From Azolla caroliniana (Eukaryota > Plantae > Polypodiophyta), in the NCBI GenBank assembly GCA_043228905.1, contig JBHGNT010000008.1, positions 16,988,001 to 17,052,000 on the forward strand: a stretch of 64,000 nt of DNA, written 5' to 3'. Positions 11,656-22,656 of the stretch are shown here, in pieces. The position numbers and the translations under genes are program-made. Position 1 is the stretch's first letter. Every line of letters starts with the position of its first letter. Below the pieces are notes generated by a model. That model was not told the DNA's origin. It worked only from the letters and a program-made list of their open reading frames with translations, and did not search any database.

Positions 11656-11709
11656 GGTTTCAGGATGGTTACAAAGGAGGATAAGAGAGAGTGAGAGAGA
11701 GAGAGAGAG

Positions 11710-11721
11710 AATTCGAATCAA
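11710..11721 (-). other. Self-priming-type primer binding site of element C (TTGATTCGAATT)
   Basis: 2 nt from the LTR; no TGG start; perfect complement at 11842-11853, 32 nt downstream of the TATA. Confidence 0.85.
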
Positions 11722-11723
11722 AC

Positions 11724-12122
11724 TGTCAGAACCAAGGATAAAAGATAGAGTGATGGAAGAAGGATAGAGAAGAATGGATGTATAAGATAGAGAAAGAAAG
11801 AGAATGGATACAAGATATGTAATGAGAGCTAAAGACTGGTGTTGATTCGAATTGATTTGAGAATACATGTATGCCCTTATTTATAGGTTCCTATAGAATA
11901 GCTTAGAGATTTCTAGAATGTTCTAGAATGTTCTAGACCTAGAATGCTCTAGGACATTCTAGAATAATCTAGAGTTTTTACAATAATCAATGTAATACAA
12001 GAAGTAGCTTTTATTGTTTCATATAACAATAAGCTATCTTAATGGTTGAGGTTTTCAAGTATGAATTACAAGGTTCGAGGTTCAAGTCCGGGTGACGCCA
12101 TAATGGTCATGTGTTCATGACA
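11724..12122 (-). repeat. 5' LTR of element C
   Basis: Direct repeat of 6457-6855. Confidence 0.97.
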
Positions 12123-12716
12123 CTTGGCTTGCTCAGCCGATCCAGCCGATGTTGAGCTTGCCTCTCAACACTCCCCCTCAAGCTCAACTTGAGGCTCTTC
12201 CGGATCTTCCGGATCAGCGCTCCAGTTCCTCCTAGCTCCACGCCTCGCTCGCATTCCTCGGCCTGTTCGACTCCGCGCGTTTCGACCCTTCCGGTCGGCT
12301 TGTTTGCTCCCAAGACCCTTCACAACTCCCTTGTTATCGCGGTGTTGGCGCTTCTCCTGCTGCCTTCTTTTCAGCTTGGACCTCGGTTGATTCAATGTAT
12401 CTGAATCAAACATCTGAACCGACTCGGCTACCTCTGATCGGTTTTCGCTCTCGTCCGAGTTGGCTGTCTCCAACTTGTCTTCGGTCTTCTCGCCCTTGAC
12501 AACGTCATCTCCCCCATGCTTGGTTGGCTTTGGCTCTTTCTTTCGGCTGCTCCCCTTATGTCCGCTTTTGAACTCTTCCGCAGATCCGCCCTCGGCTTCT
12601 TTAGCCGATCCGAAGTCGAATTCGTCATCCGACTCGGTGTCGCGGTCTTCGTCTTCCGAAACTTCTCTCCCTCTTCCGTGGTCATTCGGAATGTCTCTCC
12701 CCCTCAAATTCGGCAC
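12123..12716 (-). mobile_element. Ty1/copia 3' remnant (pol tail extension, PPT 12171-12181, 3' LTR piece continuing at 6427-6456); same lineage as the copia at 49335-53270
   Basis: VPNLRGR...EPQVELEGEC* matches MPHLRGR...QVELEGEC* of the 49-53 kb copia; TTGAGGGGGAG-TGTTGA junction. Confidence 0.8.
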
Positions 12717-12915
12717 GCAAGCCGGAACTGGCCAGCAAGCAAAACCGGAAATCGGCCGGTAAGCAAAACCGGAACCGGAACCGGCAAGCAAAACCGGAAC
12801 CGGAACCGGCCGGCAAGCAAAATCGGAACCGGAACCGGCAAGCAAACCGGAACCGGTCAGCAAGCAAAATCGGAACTGGAACCGACCGGCAAGCAAAATG
12901 GAACCGGCTACCGGA
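12717..12915. repeat. Minisatellite of GCAAGCAAA(A)CCGGAACCGGAACCG-type units
   Basis: About 7-8 imperfect 20-30 bp copies. Confidence 0.9.
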
Positions 12916-13590
12916 CGAGGTTGGACGCGGACGGACGAAAGATTGGATCATGCAACAAACTAAAGTAAAGTGAAGAGAACTAAAGTAAAGGCCATGAGGA
13001 CGCAAGCAACTAAAGAAGGAGTGCATGGAAAAAGTAAAGGTCATGTGGACAGTCACATGCAACCAAAAGAAAAAGCTAGGCAACTAAAAGTAGAGGCCAT
13101 GCAACAAAAAGTGGAAAGGCTATGATCAAGAGAGAACTCCATTTTTATTTTTATTTTTTTCCTACATGGGGACTCACTCTCCATATTATCTAAAAAAAAA
13201 AATTCTTTTGTTGGGGAGCTCTCTTATCTTATCGAAGCCAATAACCCTAATCTTCCCTACGGAAGCTATCTCTCAAGTAAACCATAATTTCCATACGGAA
13301 ACAATCTCTCAAAATCCAAAATTCCTTGTCAAAGCCATATCACTCAAGAATCATAATCTCTTATTTCCTCTAATCTATTATTCTAATCATCTCCATAAGA
13401 TAAAACTTTTGTAATCCCAATCTTGGGATTGATTGTAATCTTTCTTTCCCTTTTATTAATGAAATTTGTTAATCTTTGAACTCATTTCGGTTAATTCTTA
13501 GTATATAAATACACGAATTTGATATCCTCTAGACAAAGGCCCCGGGGTCTTGCCTCAACGTTCACGTATCCTCGTCGTATTTTCGCGACA
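12916..13590 (+). repeat. LTR-like block of another family, ending ...TTCGCGACA
   Basis: CA terminus abutting copia LTR sequence; TATA-like elements; no partner in window. Confidence 0.4.
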
Positions 13591-13677
13591 TCGGTCCGGC
13601 CTAACCGATCGGTCCCAACCGATCCAGTCCTTGGCTTGCTCAGCCGATCCGGCCGATGTTGAGCTTGTCTCTCAACA
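13591..13677 (-). repeat. Second copy of the copia LTR terminus (probable outer end of the 5' LTR)
   Basis: Matches 6430-6456 joined to 12128-12170; ends CTCAACA. Confidence 0.8.
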
Positions 13678-13919
13678 ATGAGTCTTGTAGTTAATGAAGA
13701 GAGAGGGTGACTATATAAAGCACCCTCCTCCCACCTTGTATAATGTTGAGTCTTTCTCCTTTGTTAATATACTTTACCTTGCGTATTCTCTGTGTCTTAC
13801 TCCTTGTCTCTCTCACTCTATCTCTCTCTCTCTCTCTCTCTCTCATACACACACACAGTTCATATCTATTCCGTTGCACAGAATCCATCTCTTGATTCTT
13901 TACACTTGTAAAATTACTA

Positions 13920-14985
13920 GTTTAAGTGATAGAGATAAACCTAGGGCCAAGAGATACGAAAGGTATCTCAAACAATGTAATGTATTAGGGGAAGATGACA
14001 CCATAAGCGACGCCATGGAGGCGGTCTCATTTGACGACACTCTCAGAGAGATGGAGAGGATAGTCGCTTCAGGCCTCAATGAAGACAAGGTAATTCCAGT
14101 CAATTCAGTTGACATGTGCACCACCATCGAAGAGCTTGGGTGGTTGATCGAGGAAGCGAGGACGGTCAAGGTACAAACAAAGTACAAGACCATGGACAAG
14201 AAGGTGAAGCCTATGGCTGCCTCATTGCCTAACGATAGTTAGGATCGGATAAAGGGGGTAGCGGTTGATCCTAGCTTGCGGGACCCATGAGGCATAGGGC
14301 ACCGATTCACCGACGAGACGCAACAAAAGCTCCAGATTGGTGGGGGTGGCTTCCTATTGCCTAGGGAGGAGGAAAGATTTAGAAGGATGATCGAAAGCCA
14401 CGGAAGGTCTTTCGCCTTCTCGTCGGGTGAGATAGGGTGCGTAAACCATAAGATCATGGAGTCAATGGTGATCTTTACGGTACCGCATGTACCATGGAAC
14501 ATCAAACCAATACCGGTTCCGAGAGCTCACATCCCGAAGTTGATTGAGCTACTCAAGGAAAAGATCAAGATGGGTATCCTCGAGCCATCAAGTGCCCCAT
14601 ACTCGAATCGGTGGTTCATTGTGCCAAAGAAGAACGACACCTTATGCTTCATCTAGGACCTACAACCTGTTAATCAAGAGATAATTCGAAATGTAGGGGT
14701 CGGGCCGAGCGTTGACGAATTCGTTGAGGCCTTCGTTGGAAGGTCTATTTATTCGATCGGTGATCTATACTCATGGTATGATCAATTCCAACTAGTTGTG
14801 GAGAGTAGGGACATCACGACGATGCGGACCCCTATCGGCCTAGTACGAATGTGTACCTTGCCATAAGGAGGCACTAACTCTATAGCCCACATGGTAAATG
14901 CAATGAACAAGGTATTGAGAGATTGCATCCCCGACATCACCATGTCATTCCTTGATGACATCCCCATAAAAGGGTGCTCTGAAGC
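13920..14985 (+). pseudogene. Degenerate RT fragment of the element B family
   Basis: TKYKTMDKKVKPM, MVIFTVPHVPW, SAPYSNRWF, GGTNS and FLDDIPIKG with several stops. Confidence 0.9.
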
Positions 14986-14987
14986 GA

Positions 14988-15445
14988 AGACACAAACACA
15001 CGCACAAAATGCTCGTACGCCTTTATGAGGAGGAGAGGTGCATGGGCACGCGTACGTTTGGCCATATTGTGACGAGGGAGTGTTTCGAGCATGCCCATGT
15101 ACCTCTCCTCATAAAGACGTACAAGAATTTGTGCGTGTATTTGTGCCTTCCTTGTACGTTCGGTCGTCTTCTGACGAGGGAGCGGTTAGGGCGTGCCCAT
15201 GCACCTCTCCTCCTCATAAAGACGTACGAGCATTTGTGCATGTGTTTTGTGTCTTTCTTGTACGTTCGACATCTTGTGACAAGGGAGCGTTCGGGCGTGC
15301 CCATGCACCTCTCCTCCTCATAAAGACGTACGAGTATTTGTGTTTGTATTCTCATCCCTTTCCTTGTACGTTCGGCGTCTTGTGACAAGGGAGCGTTCGG
15401 GCGTGCCCATGCACCTCTCCTACTCATAAAGACGTACGGGCATTC
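14988..15445. repeat. ~105-bp tandem array (4 direct units plus one inverted partial unit), probably inside an LTR ending at 15729
   Basis: Core GCGTGCCCATGCACCTCTCCTCCTCATAAAGACGTACG repeated; followed by CCCATAAAAAGG and a terminal CCTGACA. Confidence 0.85.
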
Positions 15446-15983
15446 ATGTTTGTGTTATCATCCCCTTATGCGTTCATCTTGCGTGCTTATCTTTGCTTGT
15501 ACCCATTTGATCACTTGGCTCGTGTGCTGATCTCGAAAACTCGACGAGTCGTGATCAACGAAAGCCACCGGCCCATAAAAAGGGGCAATGAGCCCTTGCT
15601 CGGGAAGGGGTCGAGAAGTAGTATTGTCATAAAGCAAACCTCGGGTCTTCTCTATCCCTTCGTACTGCCTAGTCCAAGACCATCGTGGTCCCGCCCAAGT
15701 AACACACGCGCGCGCGAAACTTCCTGACAACAGTCAGGGTTGGGCGACCGCCAACAAATTTTTTTTCGGGTGTTCTTTCTAATCCGAATTGGACGGTGCA
15801 GATCGGAGGCGCCTTCCTCTGAGCAACCCTGCACCGTCCGAGGCCCTATTTTATGATTTGGTATATACATACATATATATACATAATACATAGACAGGAA
15901 GGAGCGTAGACAAAGAATTGAAGGAGATGGGGGAGACAGACACGTGATCACTACAGTCTACTACAGCCCACACGGAGGAGGCT

Positions 15984-18201
15984 ATGTCAGACGAAGGAGA
16001 TAAAATCAGAGACAATGATGGTGATGGAGATCGAGATCGAGATGGAGGCAGCGTGCAACAAGAGAAGAAAGAGAATCAGAAGAATCAGAAGAAGAAACAG
16101 AAGCAGAAGCAGAAGATCGGCGGCTTAGATTTAATAGGCCTTTTCTTCTATGCTATCTTGATTCCGTGGTTTGTATCCCTATTTCTGAGTCTTCGTTATG
16201 GAGGCCGTGCCGACCTCTGGCCCGTCGTCGTCGGTTTCTTCATCTTCCAAGGTTCCAATGCTCTCATCCACTCCATATCCCCTTCCATTCTCCCCCCACT
16301 ACGACAATCTTCTTCGTCTTCGTCTTCGTCTTCTTCTTCTTTTTCGCTTGATCTCTTCACCAACACTGCAGTCTCACTCATCCATTCCACCATCGTTGGA
16401 ATCTCAGGTACAACCATATCTCTTTCCTCTCAATTTGATTGCTTGGATTGGGTGAGAGAGAAACAGGGGAGAGAGAGAGAGAGAGAGAGAGAACTGTTTG
16501 GAAAAGAAAAGTAAGATAAAGAGATTAAAGCTACATTATTAGATCGAAAAGTCTTCAAAGATCCAGATTCCTGGCATAAATATCACGAAACTCAGAGGAA
16601 CAAAGATCGAATCAACGTTTGGTGTTGATGGAACACAATTTTTTCTCTCGGTCTTATTCAGGAGTTGGCGTATTTTCAATTTTCTTTGGCTGACTTTCGT
16701 ATTGCATTTTGTTTTTCTTCCATCCTTTAAACTTATGTATTGTGGAATGGATAAAAAATCCGAAAAATGTTAATTTATACCATCAAGGGAAGAAGCCAAC
16801 ATTCAGTTGTTGATTTACCAGAGCGCGAGAAGCTCTATGATTTGGAATGGAAGGAGTTACTGGATAGCAGTGAGTTTTAAGTCTGAATTTTGAGTAGAAG
16901 TCTAGAATAATGTAGGAGAATCAAGAGGCCTGACTCTTGATGTACACCATTCACAAATCAGGAGGAGCTTAAAATAATCTATTCTATTTGTAGAAAAGTG
17001 AGGAGTACTTGGATTGAGTGTAGATGCCTGTAGGAAATAGAAATGATGGAAACATGTTTCAGTGTCTAAAAGCAGCAAATGGAAACAGAAACATTTAACT
17101 TCTTTCTTCTGTCCGATAAAAGATATCAAAATATAGTTATGAGGTAAAGAACTACGTTTTACTTTCATGACAAGCCAGCTTTTGCAAGAACAAGCATATT
17201 GGAGTAGTCTGGGGCTTTATCTATGAAAACAACAGATAGGGTTTAGAAGCATGGAAAATCATGTTGATTCTTGTCGATCATGATGAAGATCAAATAATGT
17301 ATTTAATCCATCTTTTTCGCTTTGTTTATGATATGTAGTGGCAGGAGTATTGGCCTCAGAGTGGATCAAGAAAGGATCATCAATGTACAACCATGAAGAA
17401 CTCTTTTCTGGTGTTTGGCCAGGGTCAAATGTTATTCTATGTGTTTCTACAGGTTACTTCGTGTATGACCAAGTAGACATGCTTCGGAGGCATTTATATA
17501 ATCCAAGTTCTCCATCTCTTCTTGTACATCATGCAGTGCTCCTCGTGTGCTTCACTATGGCTCTTTATCGCCAAGTCACCATCAACTATCTGATTCTCAC
17601 CTTGTTTTGTGAGGTAAGTGGAAGTTTGCAAGATAAAAATGAATGGAGTAGGTGGATCGTAACCTTGTTTTGGGATGTGAGCAGAAGTTTCAAGATAAAA
17701 ATGAATAAGAATCACCAATTCTTACTTTGTTTTGTGAGGTGAGTGAAAGTTTGAAAGATAAAACTGAATTAAGAATTGGTGATTTTTATCTTGTTTTGGG
17801 AGGTGAATGGAAGCTCAAAAAATAGAATTGAATTAAGAACCGATGCATGAAATAAAATTTATCATTGGCTTTATGTATGGCAGTTACATTCCATATTCTT
17901 GCATTTGAGACGTGTGCTTAAGATGGCTGAACTCCAAAGAGAAGAAAGCTGGTTTATTATCACCTTATGGGCCTTCAATTGGTTCACTTTCTTTACTTCG
18001 AGAATGGCAATGCACATTTTTGTAACTCTCAAGTTGGTTCTTGATATCACAAAGTTTCCGTCAGGAGTAGAGTGGCCCCTTGCAATTTCAGGTATGATGG
18101 GGCTAAATATTCTAAACGTGATCCTTGGCATTGATTTATCGAAAGCATTCTTGAAAGAGTCAAATTCCTGGAGAAAACGCATACATAAAAAAGTGACATG
18201 A
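15984..18201 (+). CDS. TLC (TRAM/LAG1/CLN8) domain membrane protein, 338 aa; exons 15984-16407, 17339-17613, 17884-18201
   Basis: GT-AG junctions join in frame (424+275+318 nt); motifs VSLIHS, STGYFVYD..DM, LLVHH, LFCE-LHSIFLHLR, FFTSR. Confidence 0.9.
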
Positions 18202-19071
18202 TTGTATCGCAATAACCCTTTTATAAAAAAGAGACTTCGTTTCCCTAAATTCCTCGAGGCTTTCGCAAAGTTTTGGTTCTCTTTTTTTGAGTCATCATAT
18301 ATCTTCTGAACGTAATCAAATCTACTAATCTAGTTTCACACAATCACAACTTAATTGTATTCTTGAAGAAAAAACAATAGATATCTTGTATGCTTTTTGT
18401 GTTTTAATTGCATTCATTGAATATCTTCTGTTTCCGCCACATTATTCAGCACAATGTTCATCTTTCCTTTGTGGGGTGTCTTCATCTTGTAACAATTAAA
18501 AGGAATGGGGAAATAAATCTGACAGAAAAATGTGACAGTATGGTTTCTTGAAAGGAAATCGATACCAATTGTGGTTGATTGCAATGACATACTATCAACG
18601 CATTTGATGTGGCAACGATCATGTTTGGATATTGATACCAAACTCCAAACCAATGGATCAATGTGACCTCAAAATCCTAGAGAAAATGTATGATGTGTGC
18701 TTATTTATGGCTCTTAAAAATTATCATTCCCCACAAGAATTGGATGTTGAATGACAAAGATATTTTTGGAGAGGAGTTGGATGTTAAGTTGATCTTTGGA
18801 ATAGATAGGTCAACATCAATTTGGATCGAAGGTCAACATCTATATCACATCAAAGGAGTGATGGTATGTCAAACAATCATACTATATACAATCTCCAATT
18901 CATCTGATGGTGAATTGGGATTTTATTTGGGTTTAATGAATTAGAGCTAGCAAGAACAAACCACTTGTCAAAAGTGGGTATTGGTCAATGGTTGGAAGTC
19001 TCTTTGTCACACTCATGGCAATTTCGAAAAATGTCTCACCCTTTTGGTTCTCCCTTCTTTGTCTTTTGGGT

Positions 19072-19506
19072 TGTTGCCTCTTAGGAAACACGGGTCGTGG
19101 TCAGTCCTTCGACCCCAAGGTGGGTGTGGAACAACGAATCGAGCTTAATCGTATTACGTAAGGAGAGAACCTCTGTGACTTCGTTGTGTGTAAGGGGAGA
19201 CGGCTACAACCGACTCCTTCTCACAGGTTGTGCTTACGTACTACTACGATTACGTATCCGAGACACATACACTAAATTAGTTGTAGCTATACACAGAAAC
19301 TCAGAGAAGATAGTATTCTATTATCATGCATTCTTTTTACAATTCCCAGAATTTACACACCTCCTTACGAGGTTTTCTGCCCTTTATATATGCAGGGTCT
19401 AATTAGCCGTTCACGCGTACCCGCGTGAACCGTTACATACGTTACGCTTTATATAGTTTTTTATTCCTACGTTTTTGGCTGTCGGTTACTATTCCGGCGG
19501 ACAACA
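19072..19506 (-). repeat. 3' LTR of element E
   Basis: Direct repeat of 28058-28496; minus-strand TATATAAA near 19384-19391. Confidence 0.96.
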
Positions 19507-19508
19507 CC

Positions 19509-19548
19509 TGGCACGCCTGTGGGACAGTGCCTTTGCACGTCGAACCCA
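19509..19548 (-). other. tRNA-Arg 3'-end-like sequence at the position normally occupied by the PPT
   Basis: Minus strand TGGGTTCGA-CGTGCAAAGGCACT-GTCCCACAGGCGTGCCA-GG-LTR; near-identical motif at 48718-48756. Confidence 0.8.
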
Positions 19549-19553
19549 TCCCA

Positions 19554-22316
19554 TTACTCTTCTTCCAAAATGCCCCGGATGTTTGGCTCTGTTGTGGTGT
19601 CCTCGGCCGGAGTTGATGTAGGGCCCGTAGGAGCATCGTGGTGTGGCTCCTCTGCTTGGTCGGCCTGGTTTCTCCCGGAGTCGCCTTCGCCGTGTGCGGG
19701 TGGTCTGGGTACGGTGGGCTCTTCTTGAGTTCGTGGACTGGGCTCTGCCGGTAGTGTGCTTGCCATCGGTTGTTGCTCCGCCTCTATTGTTACGTCCTCC
19801 GCGGTGTTGGCCATTTTTGTGTGTGCCTGGGCGTGGGGCGGGGATTCCGCTTGGTCCGCACTATTTTCCGCGTTTTCTGAAGATGGTGTGGGTTGGACCT
19901 TTTGTTGGTTAATCGTTTCGCTGTCTGGTCTTGTGGGGAACTCCACTCGTTCGTCCCCGCTATTCTCCTTCATTGTCCTCGCTGGTGATCGGTCCTGAGG
20001 TTCCTCTTCTTCGGCTGGGCTCGGAATTGGTGTCTCGCTGGGTTCCTCGTTTGTATACGTGTTGCCGATTTGTGTGATCTAGTGAAATAGCTCCTCCTGA
20101 CTTTCACCAAAATCATCTAGGAGTTGTGCGAGTTCTTCGGAGTGTTGGTCTACTAACGCGCGATAGTCTTGCGCTAGGTCCTCCCGTACGGTCGCAATGC
20201 TCTCCTCGTTTAGCTTATAAAACCCTCCGCCGTCTTTCCGCCGGTTCTCCCAGTCCGCACGATACGCGTGCAATTCCGCTGCTTGGGTTGCCCACGCCAT
20301 CCATCCTTTGTCCAACGCCGTTTTTACTTGCGCTGTGAACCTTTCCTGGTTGGTTTGGAGAAGGATGCGCACGTTATCCGTGATGGCCTGACATCGGTTG
20401 CGTGCGTCTTCCATCGACTTCTGGAGATTTGCGATTTCCTGCTGTTTAACGGTTGCCGCTTCCTCATACGTGGCCTTCAGGCCCGCCCACAGCTGGGATT
20501 CCTTTTCATGTTGTTTTTCTAATTTCCCCATTTCATTGTTTAGGCGGATTTCGAGTTGATGCCGTCTGTCTTGTTCGACTACCAACTGTTCATCAAACCA
20601 TACCTTCTTTTTCTCTAATAAGGCCCGAAGCCCCGCTATTGCCGCCTCTGATTTCTTCGCATCCTCTCGTAATTGGGCGTTGTCGTCTTTTGTCCGGATG
20701 TGATGTGCCACCTCCGTAGCTAGTTTCTCTTCAAGCGTTTTTACGGCTTTTCGTCCGTTAGCCCGTATCTCCTTTTCTCTATCGGAGGATTGGCGTAGCT
20801 CTGCTCGAAGGCAGTCAATTTCGGATTCCGCTAGCTGCACGACCCTTTTTGCTTTTGAGGCGATGGCGGTCTGAGCCTCGATTTCTTCTTTGAGAGCATC
20901 GATAACGTGGTTCGGTGGCGGGGTTTCGTGTTGCGCCGTAGTCGTATGAGCTTCTAACTCGGCGATGTGTGCGTTGGCCTTTTGTAGTTCGGCTTCGGTC
21001 ATTTTAACCTTCTTCCAGACATTCTTATTTTTTATGGCCATCTCCTTGGCGCTCGTGTTGACCTTTGCTAGTTCCCGATGGACTTCGACTAGGGCCGTGT
21101 TTAAGGGTGGTATTTCCATCCCTACTTGCCGTACCCCAACGTTCCTCTGTCTACCGACCCTGGCCAGCCGGTCCTCATCGTCGCTCTCCGTTGTTTGTGT
21201 TAGGGCGCGCTCTATCATCTGTCGTTCTGCATGCTCCTCGGCCATGCGTTGAGCGGTTTTGACCTGTTGTGTTGCTAAGAACTCCATGACCTCGAAAGAG
21301 GTTCCGAACTGCAAGAGGGAGTTGAATTCGTGGGCCGTATTCGGAATATCTGGATATGCCAAAACCTCGCTTTCCGCCGTCAATACAGCTTTCCCTCGCT
21401 GGGACTGAGTCGTAATAATCGGTCGCGGCTCCCGGATGATTTCGAAGGTGGTATTCGGCTCTGCTGTTGCGGGGCCTTCGCCTACGGTTGGTGCCTCCGG
21501 ATCTGTGGGGGCGTTTTTTACCAACCCCTGCCTATCCTTTCTATCCAATCTGCGTTGTTTGGGTCTAGGGCTTTCCCCACGTGCTTCGGTGGTTGGTTCT
21601 GGGGCTGCCTCCATGGGGTGTCTCGGTTGTTCCTCCTGTGTCGCCCGTATATCCAGTTGGTCGATAGGAGGTGTTGTCCTTGGGTCTGGTTGGGTCGGTT
21701 AGGGTTCCTCCTCCCATGTTGGGGCCGCTAACTCCGCTAACCTACGTTTCGCGAAGTGGGGCGGGGCCGTGGGTTGGCTGCTGGGCTGTGGTGTTGGTAG
21801 ACCTCGGGGTGGAAACAGTACCGTAAGGTATTGTTGGATGATTGGCCGGAGCTTTTTGCCTACTTGGTACGCATGCAAGCCTTCCCGTAACGTCGGCCCT
21901 GTGATGACCCCCCAGTCGACTGTACGCCCCTCAAAGGTGTCGATAATGATGCCCGCCTTCTGTTTAGGCATCCCGTAAGCATTGACATGGACGCAGCCTA
22001 CTTCCAGTAGGAACTTGGCCACTTCACGGAAGAAGGGATCCGGAATCTGTTTTGTTCTATAGGCTTTGGCGGAGGATGAGTATGGGCCAAAATATCGTTG
22101 CAGCGCCTCTGTAGGAGGTATTTCGAAATGTCTTTCGCCTAGTGAAGATGGGTCTAACTTCTTCCGAATGGAAGAGTTTGTGACCGTGTCGATGTTAAGC
22201 CGCCTGGCGATATCCATGGCGTCCGGGTGCAGAGGTGCTTCTGCGACCCGAATATAACCATCCAGGCGCTTCTCCACGAGCCATCGGCGTAGGGCAGTAG
22301 AGATGAAGATCGGCAT
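19554..22316 (-). pseudogene. Extra ORF3 of element E (~920 codons, two in-frame stops): N-terminal globular domain, long coiled coil, acidic tail
   Basis: ORFs 21699-22316, 20079-21614 and 19554-19973 share one frame and the gaps between them are open. Confidence 0.8.
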
Positions 22317-22656
22317 CGCCAGGGTAGGTTCGTGGGGAGGCGACGGGTAGCAATGGTGAGTTAGAGCTCTGAGATGTGATGGGGAAGAAGGTGAGGAGGA
22401 GCGATGGGCGCGCTAATAGCTAGACTCAGTGTTTCTGCTTTGTGCAGAAAACCTTCTATTTCCTTCTTTTTGTGGCTTAGGGTTCCTTGGGCGGTGAGCC
22501 ATCGTGGTGCCGCGTGTTCTTGAACTAGGAGTTTGTGCATGCCTTTAGTCGTTTTAATAGTCGCTATCTTCTCTTCTTCTTTTTCTTTTTTCTTTTTTTT
22601 TCTAACGGTTAGCTACCCCCTATTTTTACATTATAGTACAATTGGGCATGTCCCTT

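Larger units (their letters stand above)
6457..12122 (-). mobile_element. Complete chromovirus (Tcn1-like Ty3/gypsy with integrase chromodomain), element C; recent insertion into a copia LTR
   Basis: Two 399-bp TG..CA LTRs (6457-6855, 11724-12122) differing at about one base by eye; TSD CTTGG (6452-6456, 12123-12127); PPT AAGGAGGGATAG; domain order gag-PR-RT-RH-IN-chromo. Confidence 0.97.

Noticed and set aside
11656-11868. Hydrophobic 71-aa N-terminal extension of gag suggested by the ORF track
   Set aside because: Its ATG (11868) lies between the TATA and the predicted TSS (~11853), so it would not be on the mRNA; the hydrophobicity reflects CT-rich LTR sequence
14988-15445. CRISPR-like repeat-spacer array
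   Set aside because: Cores are ~80 bp, linkers are mutually similar low-complexity sequence, there are no cas genes and the context is a eukaryotic LTR
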